Below, in pieces: positions 7,133 through 15,000 of a stretch of DNA of 41,335 nt (its first letter is position 1; each line of letters begins with the position of its first letter). Source of the stretch: an uncultured Ruminococcus sp. (GTDB lineage: Bacteria > Bacillota > Clostridia > Oscillospirales > CAG-272); assembly GCA_902803255.1 (NCBI GenBank), contig CADCPG010000048.1, forward strand, positions 1-41,335, read 5' to 3'. The position numbers and the translations under genes were made by a program. The notes beneath the pieces were generated by a model, which saw only the letters and a list, made by a program, of their open reading frames with translations, was not told where the DNA came from and did no database searches.

Positions 7133-8035
7133 TCAGCTGTTTTCCTGATATTCCCCCGAGAAGAGCTCGAAGAGCTCCCTCCTCCGGGCGGAATATTCGT
7201 AGGCGCCTTTGTAGTCGGCGCCGTCGCGGCAGAGCGCCTCGAGGTCGTGGAAGAGGAAATATCTCATCGGAGCGGGCAGCCGGTCGCTGGCGGCGTCGAG
7301 CTCGGACAGTATCGCGGCGGCTTCCTTCCGCTTCCCGGAACGCAGCATAAGGCGCGCGGTTATGTGCCTGCGGTAGGCGTCGGGGCGTCCGCTGTTCAGA
7401 TATCCCGAGGAGATCCCCGCCGGGACCGGATCCTTCCCCTCGGCGGTCAGACGCAGAAAGAAGTAGTAGAGCGTGAAGGGATCGTCGAGTCCGGCGGGCG
7501 TGTCGCCGCCGTTCGGCGCCGCGTTGTCCAGTGACGGGACAATATCGGCTATGCAGGAGGAATAAGCCGCGCTGACGGCAGCTTCCCGGCTGTCGGGTCT
7601 CTGCGTGTATACCGATCCGAAGAGATCGGAAGCGAGGCGCAGACTGCCTTCAGAAAACGCGTCCTTCGCCTGCTCGAAATCGCACAGGCGGAGCTCCTCG
7701 TCTATATCGGGGTCTGACTCCCCGGCGCAGACCGATTCGGTGAAGTCGTGACAGATATCCCTGCACTCGGAGTATCCGCCTTCCTTTCTCGCGGTCTTGA
7801 TGAGCGGAAGTATGTCGGCTTTTTTGAGCAGCCTGCGCTCCGCGTCGTCCGCAAGAAGATATCCGGGCGAGACGCCGAGCCTTCCCGCTATGTATGTCAG
7901 CGTCTGGAGCGACGGGACCGCCGCCCCGTGCTCGATCCTGCTGATCATGTTTCTGGTGACGCTGCCTCCGGCGAGCTCCTTCTGCGTGAGCCGGTTCTTT
8001 ATCCTGAGCTCGCGTATCAGATCGCCTGCGCTCAT
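7133..8035 (-). CDS. XRE-family HTH transcriptional regulator with a long helical-repeat (TPR-like) C-terminal domain
   Basis: The N-terminus LIRELRIKNRLTQKELAGGSVTRNMISRIEHGAAVPSLQTLTYIAGRLGVSPGYLL is a Cro/C1 HTH. About 230 aa of predicted helical C-terminal domain follow. The ATG overlaps the stop of the upstream gene (ATGA at 8032-8035). Confidence 0.85.
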   Translation of the reverse strand: MSAGDLIRELRIKNRLTQKELAGGSVTRNMISRIEHGAAVPSLQTLTYIAGRLGVSPGYLLADDAERRLLKKADILPLIKTARKEGGYSECRDICHDFTESVCAGESDPDIDEELRLCDFEQAKDAFSEGSLRLASDLFGSVYTQRPDSREAAVSAAYSSCIADIVPSLDNAAPNGGDTPAGLDDPFTLYYFFLRLTAEGKDPVPAGISSGYLNSGRPDAYRRHITARLMLRSGKRKEAAAILSELDAASDRLPAPMRYFLFHDLEALCRDGADYKGAYEYSARRRELFELFSGEYQENS

Positions 8036-8868
8036 TTCTTGTTCTGGGAAAAGATCGAGAAGAGTCCCTGCGGCTGTTTCTGTCTGCCGCCCGTATTCAG
8101 AGAATTGCGGAGACGTCTGTTTTCCGCTCTCAGGCTCTCGATGGTGTCGAGGAGCTCCTTTTCGCGCCTTGCGCTCTGCTCCGACGCCAGTTCGGCCCGC
8201 GTTTCGTTCAGCTGCCGCTCGAGCTCAGCCTTTTCTGAGGCGATGCTCATTCGGTCCGACAGTTCTGAATTCCGCCCCGACATCTCCGCGGCGAGGCGCT
8301 CGACGCTCTCACGGAGCTCAGACTGTTTTCTCGCCGACTCCGCTGCGAGACGCCCGAGTTCAGAGCCGGCATTTTCGGCCTCGGCCTCCGCCTCTCTCAG
8401 CTTCTCGAGAAGGTCCGCTTTCTCTTTTTCCGCGGTCTCGGTCACCGACTTCAGCCGGTCCTCAAGTGCTTTTTCCCTGGCGGCGGCCTCCGACGCGGCA
8501 GATTCCAGTTTTTCCTTCAGCCCGGCGTTTTCAGAGTTAACACCGTTCAGCGCCGACGTCAGTCTTTCGTTCTTCCCGCGCTCGAGCTTCAGCAGCGACT
8601 CGGCCTTTTCGCGTCCCGCTTTTTCGGCCTCGAGGGCGGAGCGGAGCGAGGCGAGCTTCTCGGACTCGTCCTTAAGGCTCTTCCTGTAGAAGGCGGCGTC
8701 GTCTTCGGCCTCGGAGATCCTCCCGGAGAAGGCGGCGTCCGACTCGGCTATAAAGCGGTTTACCGACGATACGCGGTATCCGAACAGCTGTCTGCCGAAC
8801 CCCGACGCGTCGGTCGTGCCGTGTTCTTTTTCCTTTTCGGGCCTTCTGTCCCGACGCTTGTCGGACAT
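8032..8868 (-). CDS. DivIVA-domain coiled-coil protein
   Basis: The DivIVA-type N-terminal motif FGRQLFGYRVSSVNRFI is followed by about 200 aa of E/K/A/L-rich heptad-like sequence. The C-terminal tail is QGLFSIFSQNKK. I chose the ATG at 8868, with SD GGAGGTG 6 nt upstream, rather than 8886. Confidence 0.75.
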   Translation of the reverse strand: MSDKRRDRRPEKEKEHGTTDASGFGRQLFGYRVSSVNRFIAESDAAFSGRISEAEDDAAFYRKSLKDESEKLASLRSALEAEKAGREKAESLLKLERGKNERLTSALNGVNSENAGLKEKLESAASEAAAREKALEDRLKSVTETAEKEKADLLEKLREAEAEAENAGSELGRLAAESARKQSELRESVERLAAEMSGRNSELSDRMSIASEKAELERQLNETRAELASEQSARREKELLDTIESLRAENRRLRNSLNTGGRQKQPQGLFSIFSQNKK

Positions 8869-8899
8869 CGCACACACCTCCATCATGAACTATAGGGAT

Positions 8900-8928
8900 A
8901 TTATATATCAAATATACTGCTTTGTCAA
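8900..8928 (-). promoter_or_regulatory. Sigma-A-type promoter for the DivIVA-like/XRE operon
   Basis: The minus strand reads TTGACA-17 nt-TATAAT. The -35 is at 8923-8928 and the -10 at 8900-8905, about 32 nt upstream of the ATG. Confidence 0.7.
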
Positions 8929-9006
8929 GAAAAACCGGCGCTACGGCTCATTTTCCCGGCGACCTCCCGCCGCCCGGAAGTACCCGCTTCCCGGCCGGTT
9001 TTTTTA

Positions 9007-9035
9007 TTTACAATCACTTTGAAATAGTGTATAAT
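9007..9035 (+). promoter_or_regulatory. Sigma-A-type promoter for xpt
   Basis: TTTACA (9007-9012), a 17-nt spacer, then TATAAT (9030-9035). The leader is about 55 nt. Confidence 0.7.
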
Positions 9036-9094
9036 AAAATAGCGGCGGGGAGACCCGGCGCGGCAATGTCAGACGACGGAGGTCGAGTGTAAAG

Positions 9095-9673
9095 ATGAAG
9101 GAACTTGTCGAAAAAATCAAGAAGGAAGCGGTGATGATGCCGGGAGGGGTCGTCATAGTATCCGGATTCCTGAACCACCGCATGGATACCCGGCTGATCG
9201 ACGCCGTGGGCGCCGAATTCTACCGCATATTCAGGGACACTGAGCCCACGATTATCCTCACGGTGGAGGCGTCGGGCATCGGGATAGCGTGCATGACAGC
9301 CCGGTATTTCGGCGTCGACGTCCTCTTCGCCAAGAAATCGCAGTCGAGGAATCTCAGCTCCGAAACGTACTCGTCGATGGTCAGGTCATTCACAAAAGGA
9401 ATGGTATTCGAGGTCAAGGTCGACAAGGCGCTGATAAGCAGCTCCGACCGAGTCCTTCTTATCGATGATTTTCTCGCCGACGGCGAAGCCCTGAGCGGCC
9501 TTACCGACATTTGCCGAAAAGCCGGCGCGACGGTCGTCGGGGCGGGCGTGTGCATCGAGAAGTCCTTCCAGCCGGGCGGACGCAAGATCCGCGGCGAGGG
9601 CATAAATCTCCACTCTCTGGCCGTCGTCGGACTCGACGAAGCCGGAAGAACGCTCGTTTCAGAGGGAGATTAA
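9095..9673 (+). CDS. xpt: Xanthine phosphoribosyltransferase
   Basis: Collinear with B. subtilis Xpt as I recall it: SGFLNHRMD, TVEASGIGIA, FAKK, SFTKG, the PRPP loop VLLIDDFLADGEA, and IEKSFQPGG. Confidence 0.92.
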   Translation: MKELVEKIKKEAVMMPGGVVIVSGFLNHRMDTRLIDAVGAEFYRIFRDTEPTIILTVEASGIGIACMTARYFGVDVLFAKKSQSRNLSSETYSSMVRSFTKGMVFEVKVDKALISSSDRVLLIDDFLADGEALSGLTDICRKAGATVVGAGVCIEKSFQPGGRKIRGEGINLHSLAVVGLDEAGRTLVSEGD

Positions 9674-9676
9674 GCC

Positions 9677-10483
9677 TTGAGCGCGCTGATCCTGAAGGTC
9701 GTCGCTTCGCTGACGATGCTTTTAGACCACATCGGATACTGCTTCTGGAACAGGTTCCCCGCGGATGAGGAGTTCAGGATAATAGGCAGGATCGCTTTTC
9801 CGATATTCGCCTATATGATCGCCTCGGGATACCGCCGCAGCAGGAGGCCGGCAGTCTATCTCGCAAGGCTCGCTGCCTTTGCGGTGATTACCGAACCGTT
9901 TTACAATTACTGCTTTTTCGGTCACTGGATACACACGGGCGGGATCAATGTGCTTTTCACCCTCGGCACCGGTCTTCTGGCGCTGATGGCCGGCGATCTG
10001 CTCAGAGAAAGATATACGAAGGACAGGTTCGGCCTGCTGCCGCTTGCCTCCGCCCTTCTCTTTTCCCTTGCCGCCGAGAAGCTCGGCACCGACTACGGGA
10101 TGTACGGAGTGATGCTGATCTTTCTCTTCGACCTCGCCGAGCGGGCGTTCGGGAGCGCGGAGGAGGTGCGGGGCGACCCGAAGAGAACCGCAGCCCGGGC
10201 GGCGGTGATCGCGGCGGTCTGCGCGGCGTTCGGAGCCAGGTTCATCCTGATCAGTCTTCCGCCGGCTCTATTTGCCCGTATCGCGGGAGACGCGGCGCCG
10301 AAGCTCCCCGGCTCATGGGAGATGACGCAGATGTGGAGCGCTCTTTCCGCCCTTTTCATCATACCCTACAGCGGAAGGCGCGGCGTCACTATCAACAACA
10401 GATTCCTTCGTGCGGTCTATCAGTATTCATTTTACGCCTTCTATCCGGTGCATCTGCTCGTGCTCGGGCTGATATGCCGCTGA
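9677..10483 (+). CDS. TraX-family membrane protein
   Basis: TTG start 3 nt after the xpt stop. The N-terminal signature LKVVASLTMLLDHIGY and the polytopic profile fit the family. 268 aa. Confidence 0.75.
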   Translation: MSALILKVVASLTMLLDHIGYCFWNRFPADEEFRIIGRIAFPIFAYMIASGYRRSRRPAVYLARLAAFAVITEPFYNYCFFGHWIHTGGINVLFTLGTGLLALMAGDLLRERYTKDRFGLLPLASALLFSLAAEKLGTDYGMYGVMLIFLFDLAERAFGSAEEVRGDPKRTAARAAVIAAVCAAFGARFILISLPPALFARIAGDAAPKLPGSWEMTQMWSALSALFIIPYSGRRGVTINNRFLRAVYQYSFYAFYPVHLLVLGLICR

Positions 10484-10491
10484 ACATTTTC

Positions 10492-10532
10492 AAAAAAAGA
10501 CCTCCGGCATTATCTGCCGTGAGGTCTTTTTC
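10492..10532. terminator. Bidirectional intrinsic terminator between convergent genes
   Basis: aaagacctc-cggca-ttatc-tgccg-t-gaggtcttt, flanked by A7 on the left and T-runs on the right. Confidence 0.8.
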
Positions 10533-10544
10533 TTCGTCGGATCG

Positions 10545-11285
10545 TCAGGCTTCATTCCTGAACTTTATGAATACGAGCTCGGGACGGTTGCCGAATCTCG
10601 GCGCGGGTCCGTTGTTCGCGAGACCCCGGCTGACTATCAGCCTGCCGTCGGTGATGCCCTGCGCGTATTTCGGGAAGAATCCCTGCCCCGGCGCGAAGAA
10701 GGGGTGCCCGAATATCCTCCACTGCCCTCCGTGAGCGTGCCCTGAGATGACGAGGTCGATATCGAGATCCCGTAAATATGCGGGATAGTATTCCGGGTGG
10801 TGCGAGAGCAGCACTTTGAATCCCGGAAGCGCGGCAAATCTCTCCGCCCAGAGAAGATCGGGCGGAGGCGTCTTTCGCAGGTGCGCCTGCTTCATCGGTC
10901 CCTCCTCGTACACGTAGCCCGACGTGAGGCCGCCGACCGTAAGCCCGCGGAATTCAGCCGAGGAGTCGTCGAGGATCGTGACGCCCGATGCGGCCGCCGC
11001 CTCCTTCACCCGCGCGTGCGACATCCGCTCGTGGTTCCCGAGCGACATAAAAACGGGGGCCGCCGCCGCGGCCGCGGCGAAGAAGGCTCGGGTTCCGGGC
11101 GCATCGGGCATGTGGCCCTTCGTCACGTCTCCGGGGATCAGTATGACGTCTGTTCCGGCCTCCTTCACGGCGGAGATCAGATGCTCCCAGGGTGAGCCGT
11201 GTATGTCCGCGATCACCGCCGCGGTGATCTCCCCGTCGACGGGAGCCTTTATCCTGTATTCGGTGATATCCGTCTTTCTTTCCAA
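10545..11285 (-). CDS. Metallophosphoesterase (calcineurin-like)
   Basis: Motifs DIHG, GDVTKG, GNHE, SHHP and GHAHGG appear in the canonical order. The TTG start has SD AAAGG 7 nt upstream, overlapping the coaD stop. Confidence 0.85.
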   Translation of the reverse strand: MERKTDITEYRIKAPVDGEITAAVIADIHGSPWEHLISAVKEAGTDVILIPGDVTKGHMPDAPGTRAFFAAAAAAAPVFMSLGNHERMSHARVKEAAAASGVTILDDSSAEFRGLTVGGLTSGYVYEEGPMKQAHLRKTPPPDLLWAERFAALPGFKVLLSHHPEYYPAYLRDLDIDLVISGHAHGGQWRIFGHPFFAPGQGFFPKYAQGITDGRLIVSRGLANNGPAPRFGNRPELVFIKFRNEA

Positions 11286-11295
11286 TCCGGCGCCT

Positions 11296-11832
11296 TTACC
11301 TTTCCGAATCTCTCAGCTCGAAAGGCGCCGCGATGCGCGGAAACCTTCCGAGAGAGGCGATATACGCGCACGCAGACGCGTCCATTCGCCGGAGAAGCGC
11401 CCCGCGGGAAACACGGCGCCCTTCGCCCTGCAGCATATTCCGGACGCCGGTAGAGCTGAGCCCGGAGAACTCCGGGTCGGACGGAAGGAATACCGTCTCG
11501 CAGCCGCCGGCTTCTCTGTTGAATTCGTATTGAGGAATCTCGTATCTGAGATCGGACGCGTTCCGTATCCCCTTCACTATCGCGCACGCTCCGGTCTCCC
11601 GGAAGAGCTCGTACGTCATGCCGGGGCAATAGATGACCTTTACCCGACGGAGTCCGGAAAGAGTGAGCTTCGCTATCTTCACTCTCTCCTCAGCTGAGAA
11701 CATGTATTCCTTTCCGCTGTTGTTCATAACGGCGACGACGACCCTGTCGAACAGCGTCAGCGCGCGCGTGACGACGTTTTTGTGCCCCAGGGTGAACGGG
11801 TCGAAGCTGCCGGGGATCAGCGCAGTCTTCAT
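11296..11832 (-). CDS. coaD: Pantetheine-phosphate adenylyltransferase
   Basis: N-terminus ALIPGSFDPFTLGHKNVV (the T/HxGH nucleotidyltransferase motif). ATGA overlap with the rsmD stop. 178 aa, about 15-20 aa longer at the C-terminus than typical. Confidence 0.9.
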   Translation of the reverse strand: MKTALIPGSFDPFTLGHKNVVTRALTLFDRVVVAVMNNSGKEYMFSAEERVKIAKLTLSGLRRVKVIYCPGMTYELFRETGACAIVKGIRNASDLRYEIPQYEFNREAGGCETVFLPSDPEFSGLSSTGVRNMLQGEGRRVSRGALLRRMDASACAYIASLGRFPRIAAPFELRDSER

Positions 11833-12656
11833 TCTGCCTCCTCCACTTTTTCCGTTTTCGCTTCAGCTTTCGATTCAGTTTTCGCTTTAGCCTCTGCTTC
11901 AGCTTCCGCTTCTGCTTCCGCTTCCGCTTCTGCTTCTGCTTCTGCTCCTGCTTCTGCTTCTGCTTTTGCTTCAGCTTCTGCTTCTGCTTCTGCTCCTGCT
12001 TCAGCTTCTGCTCCTGCTTCCGCTTCTGCTCCTGCCCCCGCGAGCGCGCGGCCGGCCGGGCCTGCGTCAGCGTCTCCGGTCACGTCCTCCGGATGCGAAG
12101 CGGGAGTGAGGAACACGGTATATGCCTTCCCGTACTTCGCCTCGCGCACGACGTCGTACAGCCGCAGGATATCCCCGCCGTCCAGTATGTCGTCCCGCCC
12201 GGCGGCTTCGCATACGATCAGCGCTCCGGGAGCCGCGATGCCGCTCTCAGCCACCGCCAGGAGCGTCTTCCGCATGAGTCCCGCGGCGTACGGAGGATCG
12301 ATGAATATCAGCCCGAAGGCGCCGTTTCCTCCGCGGCGGCGCGACAGCCACTCGGGGACGTCCGCCCTTATCACGTCGATCCGCTCTCCGACTCTCGCCC
12401 CGGCGGCGTTCTTTTTTATCACCGCGGCGCACTCGGGTGAGATGTCGACCGCGGCGGCGTACGCGGCGCCGCGTGACAGAGCCTCGACGGCCAGCTGCCC
12501 CGACCCCGCGTAGAGATCGAGCGCCCTTGCCCCGCGGACCCTGTCTCCGACGGCCGAGAACACGGCTTCCTTGGCCCGGTCCGACGTCGGTCTCGTTCCG
12601 GTCCCCGCCGGCGCCTCAAGCTTCTTGCCCCTGGCGCTTCCGGTAATAACTCTCAT
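11829..12656 (-). CDS. rsmD: 16S rRNA (guanine966-N2)-methyltransferase RsmD with an approximately 85-aa Glu/Ala repeat C-terminal tail
   Basis: MRVITGSARGKKLEAPAGTGTRPTSDRAKEAVF, the SAM motif LDLYAGSGQLAVEALSRGA, and the catalytic motif IFIDPPY are present. The same frame continues through (EA)n to a stop that overlaps the coaD ATG. Confidence 0.88.
   Translation of the reverse strand: MRVITGSARGKKLEAPAGTGTRPTSDRAKEAVFSAVGDRVRGARALDLYAGSGQLAVEALSRGAAYAAAVDISPECAAVIKKNAAGARVGERIDVIRADVPEWLSRRRGGNGAFGLIFIDPPYAAGLMRKTLLAVAESGIAAPGALIVCEAAGRDDILDGGDILRLYDVVREAKYGKAYTVFLTPASHPEDVTGDADAGPAGRALAGAGAEAEAGAEAEAGAEAEAEAEAKAEAEAGAEAEAEAEAEAEAEAEAEAKAKTESKAEAKTEKVEEAE
11850..12036 (-). repeat. Tandem hexanucleotide array (GCTTCN on the + strand, about 24 units at 11890-12033), preceded by three degenerate 12-mers
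   Basis: Direct reading gives gcctct gcttca gcttcc gcttct gcttcc gcttcc gcttct ... gctcct gccccc. On the minus strand it encodes AEAEAG/AEAEAK repeats. Confidence 0.95.
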
Positions 12657-14602
12657 TTTGTCTTTCTCCGCTTTTCTTCTTCCTGTTCCTCAGGGCCGTC
12701 CGTCCCGTGGAAATACGCGAAGACCGACGCCGCGTCAGACGCCGACATGCCCCGTACTCCGGCCAGCTCCTTTTCGCCGGCCGCCCTGACGCCCGCAAGT
12801 CCTCCGAAGGCGGCAAGCAGCGCCGCTGCCTTCGCGGGTCCTATCCCGTCTATCTTTTCGAGCGACGACCGCCTCAGCGTCTTCCGCTTGCCGGCCGTCA
12901 TTTTGCTCACTGTGAAGCGGTGTATCTCTTCCTGTATCCTGTATATGAACACGAAAAGGTCGCGGTCGCCGGCGATGTCGCACTCGCCGTCCGGGGTGAC
13001 CAGCGTCCTTGTGCGGTGGTTCCCGTCCTTGACCATTCCGGCGCAGGGAATGTCGAGCCCGGCCTCGCTCAGCGCCTCAAGCGCGACCGCGAGGTGACCC
13101 GCTCCGCCGTCGACCAGTATCAGGTCGGGCATGACGCAGAGCGATGTGTCGCCCTGTTTTTCGCCGCGGAGATACGCGAGCCTGCGAGAGAGCGCCTGCT
13201 TCATCGCGGCGTAGTCGTCGGGGCCGTCCAGGTCTTTTATCGAGAAGACCCTGTAGTCTCTCTTGCGGAACGCTCCGTCCTCGGTGACGATCATCCCGGC
13301 GGTGATCTGCTCGCTGCCGAAGTTCGAGATGTCGTACGCCTCGATCCTCGACGGCAGAGTCTCAAGCGCCAGGACCGAAGCGAGTCCCGCGGCGACTCTC
13401 TCGTCCCTGCCCCGCCGCCTGCTCTCGCGCTCGGCCGCCAGCGCCGCGTTCTCCTCCGCCATGACGCACAGCTTTTTCTTTTCGCCGCGCTGCGGCAGCG
13501 CGACCGGGATCTGCGCCGGCTTCTTTCCTCCGCCCGGCGCCGCGTTCTCACCGGCAAGTCCACTCAGGTAGTCCGAGAGGAGCGCGGCGTCGTCTTCGCA
13601 GAAGCCGGTGCCGAGAAGGAGCTCGGGCGGTATGTCGGTCGAGCCGGAGTAGTGCTCGGCAAGCAGGCTCATCGCGGCGCTCCTTATGTCGGGCACCGAC
13701 GAATCGATGATATAGTCCACGGCGTCGGTCAGCGCGCCGCCTCTTATCCTCAGCACCGAGAGCGCGGAGAGGCCGCTCTTTTCTCCCGTCGCCGCCACGT
13801 CGCGCGAGATATCGGGCGAGGCGACGGTCTTCTGCCGTTCGACAAGGCTGTCGAGCGCCCGCAGGGTGTCCCTGCAGACGGCCGCCGCCTCGTACCGCTC
13901 GGCTTCAGCGTATTCGTACATCTTCCGCTCGGCCGTCTTTCTCACCTCGCCGATGCCCCCGCGGAGCATCGCCCCCGCAGACTTCACACGCTCGGCGTAG
14001 TCGGAGGAATCGACGTTCCCGGTGCAGAGTCCGCAGCAGCGCCCCATCTGGTAGTAGATGCACGGCCTGCCGCGGCCGATGTCATCGGGAAACTTCCGTC
14101 TGCACGACGGCAGACCGAAGGTCCTGCACACGACCGACAGCAGCGAATAGGCGGCAGAAGTCCCGGAAAAGGGGCCGTAGTAGCTTCCTCCGTCGTTCAG
14201 CCTTTTGCGCGTGACCGCCGGGACCGGGTATTCCCCGGCGGTGAGCTTGATGTACGGATATGATTTGCAGTCCTTGAGCTTGATGTTGTATTTCGGGGAA
14301 TAGCGCTTGATAAGGGTGTTCTCGAGGGTCAGAGCCTCGATCTCGCTGTCGCACACCATGCACTCGAACGACCTCACCGAGGAGACCATCCTCTCGGTCT
14401 TGCCGTTCTTTTTCCCGTCTCTGAAATACTGCGAAACGCGGTCGCGCAGGTGTCTTGACTTGCCCACGTAGATGATCCGCCCGCCCGCGTCCTTCATGAG
14501 ATAGACTCCGGGCGTGAGCGGGAGCCTCAGCGCCTCCTCGAGGAGCCCGCCGCGTATTCCGTTTCTGTTTTCGATTTTTTCCGTTCCCGTATCGGATGAC
14601 AA
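12653..14602 (-). CDS. uvrC: Excinuclease ABC subunit C
   Basis: GIY-YIG N-terminus PGVYLMKDAGGRIIYVGKSRHLRDRVSQYF, a UvrBC-interaction region, and C-terminal (HhH)2 IDGIGPAKAAALLAAFG. The TTG start has SD GAGGGGGG 7 nt upstream. ATGA overlap with rsmD. Confidence 0.92.
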   Translation of the reverse strand: MSSDTGTEKIENRNGIRGGLLEEALRLPLTPGVYLMKDAGGRIIYVGKSRHLRDRVSQYFRDGKKNGKTERMVSSVRSFECMVCDSEIEALTLENTLIKRYSPKYNIKLKDCKSYPYIKLTAGEYPVPAVTRKRLNDGGSYYGPFSGTSAAYSLLSVVCRTFGLPSCRRKFPDDIGRGRPCIYYQMGRCCGLCTGNVDSSDYAERVKSAGAMLRGGIGEVRKTAERKMYEYAEAERYEAAAVCRDTLRALDSLVERQKTVASPDISRDVAATGEKSGLSALSVLRIRGGALTDAVDYIIDSSVPDIRSAAMSLLAEHYSGSTDIPPELLLGTGFCEDDAALLSDYLSGLAGENAAPGGGKKPAQIPVALPQRGEKKKLCVMAEENAALAAERESRRRGRDERVAAGLASVLALETLPSRIEAYDISNFGSEQITAGMIVTEDGAFRKRDYRVFSIKDLDGPDDYAAMKQALSRRLAYLRGEKQGDTSLCVMPDLILVDGGAGHLAVALEALSEAGLDIPCAGMVKDGNHRTRTLVTPDGECDIAGDRDLFVFIYRIQEEIHRFTVSKMTAGKRKTLRRSSLEKIDGIGPAKAAALLAAFGGLAGVRAAGEKELAGVRGMSASDAASVFAYFHGTDGPEEQEEEKRRKTK

Positions 14603-14639
14603 CCGCCGGCCCCCCTCTCGCTCATGATGCTTTCATCAT

Positions 14640-14665
14640 AAAAGGCGGATATCAACCCGCCTTTT
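14640..14665 (-). terminator. Intrinsic terminator after ptsH
   Basis: The minus-strand RNA reads aaaaggcgg-guugauau-ccgccuuuu, a 9-bp stem with a U-run. Confidence 0.7.
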
Positions 14666-14683
14666 ACGAACCCGTTTTTCCTT

Positions 14684-14947
14684 TTATTCCGACAGTCCGC
14701 CGGAAATCAGTTTTTCGAGCCCGTCCACGGCTGCCTTTTCGTCGTCGCCGTCCGCCACGAGCGTGATCGTCATGCCCTGGGCTATCCCTATCGAGAGCAC
14801 TCCGAGCAGGCTCTTGGCGTTGACCTTTCTCTCGTCCTTAACCACCCAGATCGAGCTCTTGTAGGAATTCGCCTTCTGGATGAAGAATGTGGCGGGTCTT
14901 GCGTGCAGACCGCCTTCGTTGACAACTGTTACATCGCGCTGGATCAT
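14684..14947 (-). CDS. ptsH: Phosphocarrier protein HPr
   Basis: 87 aa. The His15 site is GLHARPA and the Ser46 regulatory site is NAKSLLGVLSIG. Confidence 0.92.
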   Translation of the reverse strand: MIQRDVTVVNEGGLHARPATFFIQKANSYKSSIWVVKDERKVNAKSLLGVLSIGIAQGMTITLVADGDDEKAAVDGLEKLISGGLSE

Positions 14948-14965
14948 TTTTTATGCCTTTCTGAC

Positions 14966-14994
14966 TTGATAAAAATATTTTTCTTTGATGTTTA
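14966..14994 (-). promoter_or_regulatory. Weak candidate promoter for ptsH
   Basis: The minus strand reads TAAACA-17 nt-TATCAA in an AT-rich gap. Each hexamer matches only 4/6. Confidence 0.3.
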
Positions 14995-15000
14995 CTGTTT

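Noticed and set aside
9036-9094. A purine (guanine/xanthine) riboswitch upstream of xpt.
   Set aside because: The leader is only about 55 nt. It lacks the conserved purine-riboswitch junction and loop sequences that I looked for (UAUNNG loop, CUACCG-type junction). A covariance-model scan (Rfam RF00167) would settle it.
9677-10483. The TraX-family gene as evidence of a conjugative or integrative element.
   Set aside because: There are no relaxase, coupling-protein, T4SS, integrase or repeat boundaries anywhere in the window. The gene is wedged 3 nt after xpt in a housekeeping context. Stand-alone TraX-family membrane proteins are common in Firmicute chromosomes.
11782-12513. A plus-strand ORF translating the hexamer array as poly(Ala-Ser/Pro) (ASASASAS...).
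   Set aside because: It is antisense to rsmD and has no SD or start context. Its remainder is an Arg/Pro/Ser-rich artefact. The minus-strand frame is continuous with the methyltransferase domain and ends in the ATGA junction with coaD.
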